NCBI GenBank assembly: GCA_030640665.1
Contig: DAOWIY010000020.1
Coordinates: forward strand, 1-34,668
Direction: 5' to 3'
DNA from: Clostridia bacterium
GTDB lineage: Bacteria; Aerophobota; Aerophobia; Aerophobales; AE-B3A
DNA: 34,668 nucleotides
The notes under the pieces are model-generated. The model searched no databases and had not been told where the DNA came from. It was given only the letters and a program-made list of their open reading frames with translations. How positions within the stretch are numbered: position 1 is the first letter of the stretch; every line of letters begins with the position of its first letter. Positions 16,011-24,684 of the stretch are shown one piece after another. Both the position numbers and the translations under genes were made by a program.

Positions 16011-17658
16011 TTAGTATTGCCCCTTCGCTGGCAGGGCCTACGAGCTCGCTGTAGCGAGCTAAATAGCCTTCTTTTACTTTAGGAGAAGGTCTCCTCCAAT
16101 TCCTTTTTCTTTCGTTAAGTACCTCTTTTGATAAGTTTACCTCTAGTTTTCTCTCTGGAATGTCAATGAGAATCTCATCTCCATCTTTTAAGAGAGCAAT
16201 CGGGCCTCCTACTGCTCCCTCAGGACAAATATGGCCGATGCAAGGACCTCTTGTTCCTCCTGAAAATCGTCCATCGGTAAGCAAAGCTACTGACTCGGAT
16301 AATCCCATTCCTACCAGTGCTGCGGTAGGGGAGAGCATTTCTCTCATTCCGGGTCCTCCCCTGGGTCCCTCGTAGCGAATAACGATAACCTCGCCTTCTT
16401 TTATTTTCTTTTCATAAATAGCTTTAATCGTCTCCTCTTCGCTATTAAAAATCCGAGCCTTTCCTTCGAACTTTTTCACTTTATCGCTCACAGCAGATTG
16501 CTTTACTACCGCTCCCTGGGGAGCCAAAGAACCAGTGAGTATAGCTAGGCCTCCTTCTTTATGATAGGGATTATCCAGACTTCTGATTATTTCTACATCG
16601 AAGACCTTTCCTTCTCGGGCAATTTCTTTTATGGATTTGCCAGATACAGTAGGACGGTGGGCAAGAAAGTTTTCCAGTCTATTTAATAGAGCAGGGATTC
16701 CTCCAGCCCACTCCAGGTCTTCCATAAAATAATCTCCCCCCGGCCGAAGATTAACCAGGTGAGGTGTTTTTTTGCCTATTTCATCAAATCTATCAAGGGA
16801 GAGTTTAACTCCAGCCTCATAGGCGATGGCTAAAAGGTGAAGAACGGTATTGCTCGATCCTCCAAAGGCCATATCCACTCGAATGGCATCCTCAAAAGCC
16901 TGCCTTGTCATTATTTCCCTGGGAAGGAGATTTTCTTTGATTAGTTCCGGGATTCTTTCTCCACTTTCGTAAGCAATTCTTTTTTTCTTGGCGGAAATGG
17001 CTAAAGCACATCCTGATTGGGGAAGGCTCATTCCCAGAACTTCGGTAAGACAATCCATTGTATTAGCTGTATATAAGCCCTGGCATGAGCCCATCCCAGG
17101 ACAGGCTTCTTCTTCTAGGCATCGAAGTTCTTCCTTATTTATTTCTCCTTTTTTAAATCTACCCACAGCTTCATAGGCATCTCTTACATAGGAAAGCCTT
17201 CTTCCCCTTAATCTGCCTGAGAGCATGGGGCCGGCAGTAACTACAATGGTGGGAATGTTAATGCGGGCGGCGGCCATAAGGGCACCCGGTGTTATCTTGT
17301 CGCAATTAGTGAGAAGGATAAGGCCATCAAGAGAGTGGGCCTCGGCTACAGCCTCAATAGAATCAGCTATAAGCTCCCGCGAGGGAAGAGAATACTTCAT
17401 TCCAGAGTGCCCCATAGCAATTCCATCACATATAGCAGGGATACCAAAGATAAAAGGATAACCACCTCCTGCCTCTACTCCTCTTTCTATAAATCTCTCT
17501 AACTCACGCATTCCTACATGGCCGGGAACTATTTCACTGAAACTGGAGGCAACTCCTACAAAGGGTTTGTTTAAAGCTCTTTTTGTTATTCCTGTACCGT
17601 AAAGCAGGGCTCTGTGAGGAGTCCGCTCCACTCCCTTTTTTATAAGATCACTGCGCAA
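15982..17658 (-). CDS. ilvD: Dihydroxy-acid dehydratase
   Basis: [35 protein letters not shown]; TTG start behind AAGGAG. Confidence 0.97.
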   Translation of the reverse strand: MRSDLIKKGVERTPHRALLYGTGITKRALNKPFVGVASSFSEIVPGHVGMRELERFIERGVEAGGGYPFIFGIPAICDGIAMGHSGMKYSLPSRELIADSIEAVAEAHSLDGLILLTNCDKITPGALMAAARINIPTIVVTAGPMLSGRLRGRRLSYVRDAYEAVGRFKKGEINKEELRCLEEEACPGMGSCQGLYTANTMDCLTEVLGMSLPQSGCALAISAKKKRIAYESGERIPELIKENLLPREIMTRQAFEDAIRVDMAFGGSSNTVLHLLAIAYEAGVKLSLDRFDEIGKKTPHLVNLRPGGDYFMEDLEWAGGIPALLNRLENFLAHRPTVSGKSIKEIAREGKVFDVEIIRSLDNPYHKEGGLAILTGSLAPQGAVVKQSAVSDKVKKFEGKARIFNSEEETIKAIYEKKIKEGEVIVIRYEGPRGGPGMREMLSPTAALVGMGLSESVALLTDGRFSGGTRGPCIGHICPEGAVGGPIALLKDGDEILIDIPERKLEVNLSKEVLNERKRNWRRPSPKVKEGYLARYSELVGPASEGAILKSSLVARRS

Positions 17659-17674
17659 TTCTTACTCCTTGAAC

Positions 17675-17845
17675 TAGCGTTTAGCGTATAGTTTTTCCAG
17701 CTGTAAACAATAAGGGGTAAGCGGTAATCTTCTTTTTTCACGAAGTACGATGTACGAAGTACGATGTACGAATTTATGTGCTCGGGTCGGCTTCGAATCC
17801 CCTTTTCTCTCTTGCTATTCACTATTCACTAAATACTAACGACTA
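17675..17845. repeat. Nested heptamer arrays: inverted TAG-phase pair (17675-17692, 17815-17845) around a CG-phase array (17739-17775)
   Basis: tagcgtttagcgtatagt; cgaagta cgatgta cgaagta cgatgta cgaattt; ctattca ctattca ctaaata ctaacga cta. Confidence 0.82.
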
Positions 17846-17850
17846 TTTTT

Positions 17851-17926
17851 TGGTGGAGGCAGGGGGATTCGAACCCCCGACCTCGTCCACGCCAAGGACG
17901 CGCTCTCCCAACTGAGCTATGCCCCC
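17851..17926 (-). tRNA. tRNA-Ala(GGC)
   Basis: GGGGGCA/TGCCTCC acceptor with G3-U70, CGTCC-TTGGCGT-GGACG anticodon arm, encoded CCA. Confidence 0.97.
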
Positions 17927-17927
17927 A

Positions 17928-18266
17928 TCACTTTATTATCTTTTTGGCATCAGCCCATAATCTCTCCAATTGGTAAAAATTCCTTCCTCTTTTAGAAAAA
18001 ATATGGACTATTATTGAGCCAAAATCTAAAAGAACCCAACAGTCATTTGTCAAATTCCTTGGGTTAAACTGTTTTATTCCTTTTTTTTTGAGTTCTCTCT
18101 CTATAGCTTGAGCAATACTTCGCATATGGGGAGAAGATTCTCCACTGCAGATAATAAAATAATCAGCTATTGTCGAAATTTCTTTTAAATTTAAAAGCAG
18201 TATATCCTTTGCTTTTTTGCTCTCCACTATTTTGACAGTGGCTCGAGCTAGTTTCTGGGAGGTCAA
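17928..18266 (-). CDS. rsfS: Ribosome silencing factor
   Basis: [35 protein letters not shown]. Confidence 0.95.
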   Translation of the reverse strand: MTSQKLARATVKIVESKKAKDILLLNLKEISTIADYFIICSGESSPHMRSIAQAIERELKKKGIKQFNPRNLTNDCWVLLDFGSIIVHIFSKRGRNFYQLERLWADAKKIIK

Positions 18267-18377
18267 ATTTTCTTTCTCCTCAATCTACATAGTTTTCTCC
18301 GGAATTGCTTATCCCAAAATTTACCTAGATTCGGTAAACTCCTCTGGAGCATCTTGTATCCAGTAATTAGTTAATTT

Positions 18378-18411
18378 CCCCTCATCTTAATCCCCCCCCA
18401 AGGGGAGAGGA
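18378..18411 (-). repeat. REP-like palindromic element, copy of 1964-2000
   Basis: Reverse complement reads tcctctcccctt(g)8attaagatgagggg. Confidence 0.7.
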
Positions 18412-18440
18412 GATTTTTTTACGATATACTATATACGGTT

Positions 18441-19046
18441 TTACCACCTATAGAGATTATACTTATGAATATATTTTTCCACTACTTCTGGTAGAAGATA
18501 TTTAATGGTTTGTCCCTTCTTTATTCTTTTTCTGATCTCTGTGGAGGAGATGGCCAGAGCAGGAACTTCTACCAGGAAGGTATATTTTTGAAAACGGAGG
18601 TCTATCTTTTTTATGTTTAATTTATATCCTGGTCTGGAAGCAGCGATAAACTTTGCCATCTGTGGTAGGTCATCTGTTTTATGCCAGGCAGAGATTTCAG
18701 CTATAGCATCGGCTCCGGTGATAAAGTAGCATTCTGTTTCCTCTCCGTAAATCTGCTTCAATTGTGCAATAGTGTCCCGAGTGTAAGATTCGCCTTGCCG
18801 TTCTATCTCTATGGAAGAGACTGAGAAGTGCTCATTACTAGCTGTGGCTAGAACTGTCATCATCCAACGATGCTCCGGTAAGGCAATTTCGTCATTACCT
18901 TTATGGGGAGGTTTGCCAGAGGGGACAAAAAGCACCTCATCTAGCTTAAATTTATCCCGGATAAACTCTGCTGCCACTAGATGTCCCTGATGAATAGGAT
19001 TGAAGGTTCCTCCCATAATACCCAATTTGAGAGGTGATTTGCTCAT
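18441..19046 (-). CDS. nadD: Nicotinate-nucleotide adenylyltransferase
   Basis: GGTFNPIHQGH, PPHK, FITGADA, ISSTEIR. Confidence 0.96.
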   Translation of the reverse strand: MSKSPLKLGIMGGTFNPIHQGHLVAAEFIRDKFKLDEVLFVPSGKPPHKGNDEIALPEHRWMMTVLATASNEHFSVSSIEIERQGESYTRDTIAQLKQIYGEETECYFITGADAIAEISAWHKTDDLPQMAKFIAASRPGYKLNIKKIDLRFQKYTFLVEVPALAISSTEIRKRIKKGQTIKYLLPEVVEKYIHKYNLYRW

Positions 19047-20569
19047 CTTGCATACTCTATAGCTCGAAGTTCTCTGATTACCGTTATCTTGATTTGTCCG
19101 GGGTATTTTAATTTTTTCTCAATTTTGTGAGCCAGTTCTCGGGAGAGTTCTGCAGTTGCTTCGTCTGAAACCTCTTGCGGGTGCACCATAATACGTAGTT
19201 CTCTGCCGGCTTGAATAGCATAAGCTTTTTCTACTTTCTCGAAAGAGTCAGCTATTTCTTCTAAATCCTCAATTCGTTTAAGATAAGCTTCTAGAACCTC
19301 TTTTCTTGCACCGGGACGAGCAGCTGATATAGCATCCGAGATTTGGACTAAGACAGCTAAAGTGGTTTCCGCTACTTGATCTTCATGATGAGCGGCAATA
19401 GCATGGACAATATTAGGTGATTCCCCATATCGTTCAGCAAGATTAGCTCCGATTAAGGCATGAGGGCCTTCCATCTCCCGATCGACAGCTTTTCCAATAT
19501 CGTGAAGAAGTCCTGCTCTTTTTGCCTGGACATAATCTGCCTTAATCTCAGCGGCTATAATACCAGCTATATAAGAAACTTCTTTTGAATGTTGCAGCAC
19601 ATTCTGTCCATAACTGGTGCGAAATTTTAATCTTCCTAAAAGATTGGTTAGCTCAGAGGGTAAATCAGAGATTCCCATATCAAAGGCTACCCGCTGACCC
19701 TCCTCCTTTATCATCTCCTCTATATCCTTTTTGGTTTTTTCCACTATTTCTTCAATTCTAGCTGGGTGTATTCGAGTATCGGCAACAAGTCGTTCTAAAC
19801 TGACTTCCGCAATCTTTCTCCTTAAAGGGTCAAAACAGGAGATTACTACTGTCTCTGGAGTGTCATCCACGATTAGATCTACTCCTGTGAGAGCTTCGAA
19901 GGCTCTTATGTTTCTTCCCTCTCTTCCTATAACCCTTCCTTTCATCTCATCATTGGGCAAGGAAAGAGTGGAGACGACTGAGTTACTTGCCTCATCCACA
20001 GCACAGCGCTGAATGGCTGTAGCCAGGATTTTTCTTGCTTTTTTATTAGCTGTCTCTCTAGCTTCTTTTTCTACTTGTTGAATAATCTGAGCAGCCTCAT
20101 TTTTTACTTCCTTTTTTATAGTTTCCAGCAGAGTTTTTTTTGCTTCCTCAGCAGAAAGACCAGAGGCTCTTTCTAGTTCTTTCCTCCATTTAATCTCCAG
20201 CTCTTTTGTCTTTTCTTTATCTTTTTTTAACTCTTCTTCTTTAGAAAAAATACTTTTCTTTTTCTTTTCTAATTCTTGTAAACGATGATCTAGAACCTCC
20301 TCTCTCTCTATTAACCTTCTTGATAGTTTATGGAGTTCATCAGTCTTTTCCTTGGTTTCTTGTTCAAAAGCTGCTCTTACTCGGTGAAGTTCCTCTTTTT
20401 TCTCTAGTTCAATCTCTCTTTTTCTGTTTTTGATCTCCCCTTCCACTTGAGATAATTTATCTTGAGCCCTATTTAATAGGGACCTCGTTCTCAGCCTGGT
20501 AAGAAGAGTGGTTATTACCCATCCTCCCATTACACCTACTAGCACATATATCAACATTAGATTAATCAT
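19043..20569 (-). CDS. rny: Ribonuclease Y
   Basis: N-terminal TM helix, coiled coil, KH (KGRVIGREGRNIR), HD (LLHDIGK), ARPGAR. Confidence 0.97.
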   Translation of the reverse strand: MINLMLIYVLVGVMGGWVITTLLTRLRTRSLLNRAQDKLSQVEGEIKNRKREIELEKKEELHRVRAAFEQETKEKTDELHKLSRRLIEREEVLDHRLQELEKKKKSIFSKEEELKKDKEKTKELEIKWRKELERASGLSAEEAKKTLLETIKKEVKNEAAQIIQQVEKEARETANKKARKILATAIQRCAVDEASNSVVSTLSLPNDEMKGRVIGREGRNIRAFEALTGVDLIVDDTPETVVISCFDPLRRKIAEVSLERLVADTRIHPARIEEIVEKTKKDIEEMIKEEGQRVAFDMGISDLPSELTNLLGRLKFRTSYGQNVLQHSKEVSYIAGIIAAEIKADYVQAKRAGLLHDIGKAVDREMEGPHALIGANLAERYGESPNIVHAIAAHHEDQVAETTLAVLVQISDAISAARPGARKEVLEAYLKRIEDLEEIADSFEKVEKAYAIQAGRELRIMVHPQEVSDEATAELSRELAHKIEKKLKYPGQIKITVIRELRAIEYAR

Positions 20570-20631
20570 GGTAATTACTCCCCTCTTAATCTATTTTCAA
20601 AGATCTAAAACCTAACTCGATGTTATTATCT

Positions 20632-20696
20632 ATAGTAACATACATCTCGTGACGTATGTTACTATCAAACATACATTTTTTGAATTCTTTTGTCAA
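20632..20696 (-). promoter_or_regulatory. Putative rny promoter with overlapping 12-bp inverted repeat
   Basis: Minus-strand TTGACA(20696-20691)-N17-TATGTT(20673-20668); IR atagtaacatac 20632-20643 / gtatgttactat 20654-20665. Confidence 0.55.
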
Positions 20697-20745
20697 GAAA
20701 TGCCTCAGAAGAAAAAGGGGAAAAGGGTGAGCAAAAAGGCCCCTC

Positions 20746-20773
20746 TTGTCAAACAACGGTGAGGTGCTATAAT
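20746..20773 (+). promoter_or_regulatory. Sigma-70-type promoter of the radical SAM gene
   Basis: TTGTCA-N16-TATAAT with TGn extension; ATG lies 7 nt downstream. Confidence 0.6.
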
Positions 20774-20780
20774 TCGTATA

Positions 20781-21704
20781 ATGAAGATGGAGTTAAGTTA
20801 TCCCAGCTATCTAAAATTATACGAGGAGGGAGAGCTAGAAAAGCGGGTAGAAGAGGCCTATGAGCTGCTCGGCAGATGTAATATCTGTCCACGTAAATGT
20901 GGTGTAAATCGAATAAAAGGAGAGAAGGGATTCTGTAAAGCAGGCAAAGAACCTATGGTTTCTAGTTTTCATTCTCACTTTGGGGAAGAGCCACCCATAT
21001 CTGGTTATCGAGGTTCTGGAACTATCTTTTTTACCCATTGTAATTTGAGGTGTCTGTTTTGTCAGAATTACCCCATTTCTCATCTGGGAAATGGAAATCA
21101 AATTTCTCCTTCACAGCTTTCTCAAATGATGCTTAGCTTGCAAAAAAGAGGATGTCATAACATAAACTTAGTTACTCCTACCCATTTTACACCTCAAGTT
21201 CTCTCTGGCCTTTTTCTGGCTATCAAAAAAGGTTTAAATATACCCTTAGTCTATAACTGTGGTGGTTATGAGAGGGTGGAAACTTTGAGGCTTCTGGAGG
21301 GTATAGTAGATATTTATATGCCAGATATGAAATATGGAGAGGAAGAAAAGAGCAAGAAATTCTCTTCTGCTTCTGATTATTTTGAAGTAGCAAAAAAAGC
21401 AATTAAGGAAATGTATCGACAGGTGGGAAATCTTGAGTTAAATAGGAAAGGAATTGCTCAAAGAGGTCTTTTGGTGAGACACTTGATTTTACCCAATGAA
21501 GGAGGGGGGACAAGAAAGGTGTTTAGTTTTTTAAGAGAGGAGATTTCCCCTGCTGTCTATCTTAGCATTATGAGTCAATACTTTCCTGCTTATAAAGCGC
21601 AAGAATTTAAAGGATTAAATAGAAAGGTCACCCGGGAAGAATACGAGGAGGCTCTTCATATTGCTAGCGAGTTAGGTCTAGAAAGAGGGTGGCGACAGAA
21701 CTAA
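20781..21704 (+). CDS. Radical SAM protein, PflX-like
   Basis: CNICPRKC N-terminal cluster, HFGEEP, GSGTIFF, CNLRCLFCQN, YMPDMKY. Confidence 0.9.
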   Translation: MKMELSYPSYLKLYEEGELEKRVEEAYELLGRCNICPRKCGVNRIKGEKGFCKAGKEPMVSSFHSHFGEEPPISGYRGSGTIFFTHCNLRCLFCQNYPISHLGNGNQISPSQLSQMMLSLQKRGCHNINLVTPTHFTPQVLSGLFLAIKKGLNIPLVYNCGGYERVETLRLLEGIVDIYMPDMKYGEEEKSKKFSSASDYFEVAKKAIKEMYRQVGNLELNRKGIAQRGLLVRHLILPNEGGGTRKVFSFLREEISPAVYLSIMSQYFPAYKAQEFKGLNRKVTREEYEEALHIASELGLERGWRQN

Positions 21705-21759
21705 AAGCTAGATAAGGAGGTTAATTATTAATCGTTCTAAACTCATATCTTGTCTAAAT

Positions 21760-23475
21760 GTGGTTATGGTGGGGGTGGTTCTTTTAGCTATTTTTTCTCT
21801 TGTCTTGAAGTATGGGTTTTATTTATCAAATGAGACTAAGGCCCTGCTCTATCAGCTGTATATATTTATAGCAGGAATATTTGTGGCCGAATTTTTTCTT
21901 AAGTTGGCCCTATCTCGGGAGAGGAAAATTTTTTTAAAAGGCAATCGAATAGATTTTTTCCTCGTTCTCTTTTTCCTCTTTTTTATTTTATCCCTCAGAG
22001 GAATGTTTGCTTTGCCTGAACTTTCTCATTTTCGGCAAAGAATAGGTGTTTCCTCCTGGACTGAGAGTTCTGTTGTAATTTGTCAGATTTATATTGTTGC
22101 CTTTCTTCTTTTAAGATTGCCCCAGCTTAATAAAATAATAGCTATCTTGCGAATAAAGCCCCCATTGGTAGTTATTTTAACCTTTGTCAGCATTATTGCT
22201 CTAGGAACTCTATTACTTCTTCTTCCTCGCTCTACCATACCAGGCGAGGAGACTACCTTTATGGATGCTTTGTTTACAGCCACTTCAGCAACCTGTGTTA
22301 CTGGTCTTATTGTGGTGGATACGGGTGCTCATTTTTCTTTGTCAGGACAGTTAATTATTCTTTTTCTTATACAAATAGGAGGATTAGGATTGATGACCTT
22401 TACTTCCTTCTTTGCCTTGAGTTTAGGCAAAGGGTTCGGAGTTAAGGATAGGGTTCTTCTTCGGGATATACTTAATTATAGAGACTTGGGTAGAATGGGA
22501 TCTTTAATTCTTTCCATCTTTGCTATTACCTTTATTATTGAAGCGATAGGAGCTCTTCTTCTCTATACCCAATTTCTCCCTTATCATGAAAATAGTTTAT
22601 CTTCTGCTTATTCAGCCATTTTTCATTCTGTTTCTGGTTTCTGTAATGCTGGTTTTTCGCTTTATTCAGATAGTTTTAGAAGGTATCAAGGCAATCTAGG
22701 AATTAATTTTATTATGAGTAGTTTAATAATTCTAGGGGGACTAGGGTTTATAGTGATAGTCAATCTCTTGCGCTGCGGATACGCTCGTCTTAAGGGCAAA
22801 AAGGAGTTTTTGTTTCTTCAGAGCAAATTAGTTCTCTTGGTTTCTTTTCTTTTGATTGGTGCAGGAATGAGTCTTATTCTTCTAGGAGAAGGAGGGGGAG
22901 TATTAAAGACTTTTTCTTTAAAAGAGAAATTATTAGGGGCTTATTTTCAGTCAATAACAGCAAGGACAGCTGGATTTAATACATTAAATATAGGAAACTT
23001 AAGCATTTTTTCTGCTTTCCTTCTTATTGTTTTTATGTTCATAGGAGCTTCTCCTGGTTCTACAGGAGGAGGTGTTAAAACAAGTACCTTTGCTACTTTA
23101 TTTTTTACCGTTAAATCTATGGTTCAAGGAAAGAGCAGAGTGGAAGTCTTCAGCCGTACTATTCCTCGGTTAATAGTCTATCAGGCTTTATCTGTGGCTA
23201 TTCTTGCTTTGGGATGGATTGCTTTCTCTACTTTATTTCTTACTCTTACTGAACATGCTTCTTTTATGGATATTTTGTTTGAAGACCTCTCTGCTTTTGG
23301 AACGGTAGGATTATCCAGGGGACTTACCCCTCATTTGACGGTGGCGGGGCGAATTATTATTCTTCTAACTATGTTGATAGGAAGGATTGGACCTCTAACT
23401 TTAGCCTTAACTATAGGAGGAAGGAGAGTTAGTGAACTTTATGAATATCCTGAGGAAAGAGTAATGATTGGGTAA
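21760..23475 (+). CDS. KtrB/TrkH potassium uptake permease with N-terminal four-TM extension
   Basis: Four pore motifs (SATCVTGL, FCNAGF, RTAGF, FGTVGLS), PGSTGGGVK, MLIGRIGPL; start may be ATT 21727. Confidence 0.93.
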   Translation: MVMVGVVLLAIFSLVLKYGFYLSNETKALLYQLYIFIAGIFVAEFFLKLALSRERKIFLKGNRIDFFLVLFFLFFILSLRGMFALPELSHFRQRIGVSSWTESSVVICQIYIVAFLLLRLPQLNKIIAILRIKPPLVVILTFVSIIALGTLLLLLPRSTIPGEETTFMDALFTATSATCVTGLIVVDTGAHFSLSGQLIILFLIQIGGLGLMTFTSFFALSLGKGFGVKDRVLLRDILNYRDLGRMGSLILSIFAITFIIEAIGALLLYTQFLPYHENSLSSAYSAIFHSVSGFCNAGFSLYSDSFRRYQGNLGINFIMSSLIILGGLGFIVIVNLLRCGYARLKGKKEFLFLQSKLVLLVSFLLIGAGMSLILLGEGGGVLKTFSLKEKLLGAYFQSITARTAGFNTLNIGNLSIFSAFLLIVFMFIGASPGSTGGGVKTSTFATLFFTVKSMVQGKSRVEVFSRTIPRLIVYQALSVAILALGWIAFSTLFLTLTEHASFMDILFEDLSAFGTVGLSRGLTPHLTVAGRIIILLTMLIGRIGPLTLALTIGGRRVSELYEYPEERVMIG

Positions 23476-23486
23476 AGGGGGAAAAA

Positions 23487-24170
23487 ATGCGTAAATTTGC
23501 TGTTATAGGATTGGGTGGATTTGGCGGCACGGTTGCACAAAGTTTGGCAGAAAGAGGAGCAGAAGTAATTGCTGTAGATAAAGATAGTAGCTTAGTGGAT
23601 AAATTTGCCCAAATAGTGACCCTAGCAGTTAAGTTGGATTCTACAGATGAAGAGGCCCTGAAGGCTCAGGGAATAAATGAGGTAGATGTAGCTATAGTGA
23701 GTATAACAGATTTTGAGACTTCGGTACTGACTACAGCTCTGCTCAAACGATTAGGAGTACCCATAGTCATTACCAGAGCTTCTCAATCTCCTTCTCGTAT
23801 TGAGGAGCGAATATTGGATCTTGTAGGAGCGGATAGGGTGATTTTGCCGGAAGTGGAGATGGGTAAAAGGATAGCTAAAAACCTTTTAGTTTCCAATATT
23901 CTAGACTATCTGCCTATTTCTGAGAAATATAGTGCTGCTGAAATTCGAGCTCCCAAGTCTTTCTGGGGCAAAAAGATAGGCGATCTTAAAATTCGGGAAA
24001 GATATAAAGTGAACATATTAGAAATGAAGAAAATATCGGGAGAAGGAAAAGAAGAGCGGGTAGAGAAAGTAAGCTATCTTCCCCACCCCAATGATGTTAT
24101 TGGAAAAGGAGATATACTACTGGTGATTGGGGAGGAGAAAGACATCGAGCGTCTGTCAAAAGGAGAATAA
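23487..24170 (+). CDS. KtrA/TrkA RCK regulatory subunit
   Basis: FAVIGLGGFG Rossmann fold, GADRVILPE, C-terminal RCK_C. Confidence 0.93.
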   Translation: MRKFAVIGLGGFGGTVAQSLAERGAEVIAVDKDSSLVDKFAQIVTLAVKLDSTDEEALKAQGINEVDVAIVSITDFETSVLTTALLKRLGVPIVITRASQSPSRIEERILDLVGADRVILPEVEMGKRIAKNLLVSNILDYLPISEKYSAAEIRAPKSFWGKKIGDLKIRERYKVNILEMKKISGEGKEERVEKVSYLPHPNDVIGKGDILLVIGEEKDIERLSKGE

Positions 24171-24227
24171 ATTCGTTGCTCGTGAAGAAAAAAGCGGATG
24201 ATTAAAAGCTTTAGAGATTTGGAAATC
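24170..24227 (+). pseudogene. Short heptamer arm followed by a putative 5' remnant of a four-helix-bundle (TIGR02436-like) gene
   Basis: aattcgttgctcgtgaagaaaaaag, then ATG 24198 MIKSFRDLEI, after which similarity stops. Confidence 0.55.
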
Positions 24228-24262
24228 GTGTTATGCTTCAAGCAGGAAAGGAGGGAGAAAAA

Positions 24263-24493
24263 ATGTGGGTTTTGGTGCTGCGGATAATGGCTTATTTTTT
24301 TGGGATAGTAGGGGGACTGAGTTTAGTAACTGGCGTAATATTGCGGGTAGCAAAGGGGCCGCAGGGATCTATTTTTTTTGAAATCCAGCCCAATGCTTAT
24401 CTGGGATTTTCGCAGGTTTGTTTATTGTTTGCCATTGCTTTGGGAATAGCAGCAATACTGGAAAGAAAAGAGGGAAAGAAAAAGAAAAAGTAA
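24263..24493 (+). CDS. Small two-TM membrane protein
   Basis: GGAG RBS, ATG 24263, two hydrophobic segments, basic tail. Confidence 0.7.
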   Translation: MWVLVLRIMAYFFGIVGGLSLVTGVILRVAKGPQGSIFFEIQPNAYLGFSQVCLLFAIALGIAAILERKEGKKKKK

Positions 24494-24508
24494 CTAAATA
24501 CTAAATCA

Positions 24509-24595
24509 GCCGGGATGGCGGAAGTGGTAGACGCGCATGGTTGAGGGCCATGTGGACATTAGTCCATGGGGGTTCAAATCCCCCTCCCGGCACCA
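24509..24595 (+). tRNA. tRNA-Leu(GAG)
   Basis: GCCGGGA acceptor, CATGG-TTGAGGG-CCATG anticodon arm, long variable arm, encoded CCA. Confidence 0.97.
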
Positions 24596-24637
24596 AATTC
24601 GTCGCTCGCTACTCGTTGCTCGTATCTCGTGAAAAAA
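24596..24637 (+). repeat. Heptamer array abutting the tRNA CCA
   Basis: aat TCGTCGC TCGCTAC TCGTTGC TCGTATC TCGTGAA aaaa. Confidence 0.85.
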
Positions 24638-24684
24638 TTTCCTCTAACTTGCCTCTTATAGCTTAAAGCTTGCTTAAAAAGAAA

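Noticed and set aside
17640-17822. 60-aa minus-strand ORF and tRNA-like ttcgaatcc at ~17792
   Set aside because: The ORF crosses repeat arrays; no cloverleaf can be built, and it does not complement the Arg half-tRNA
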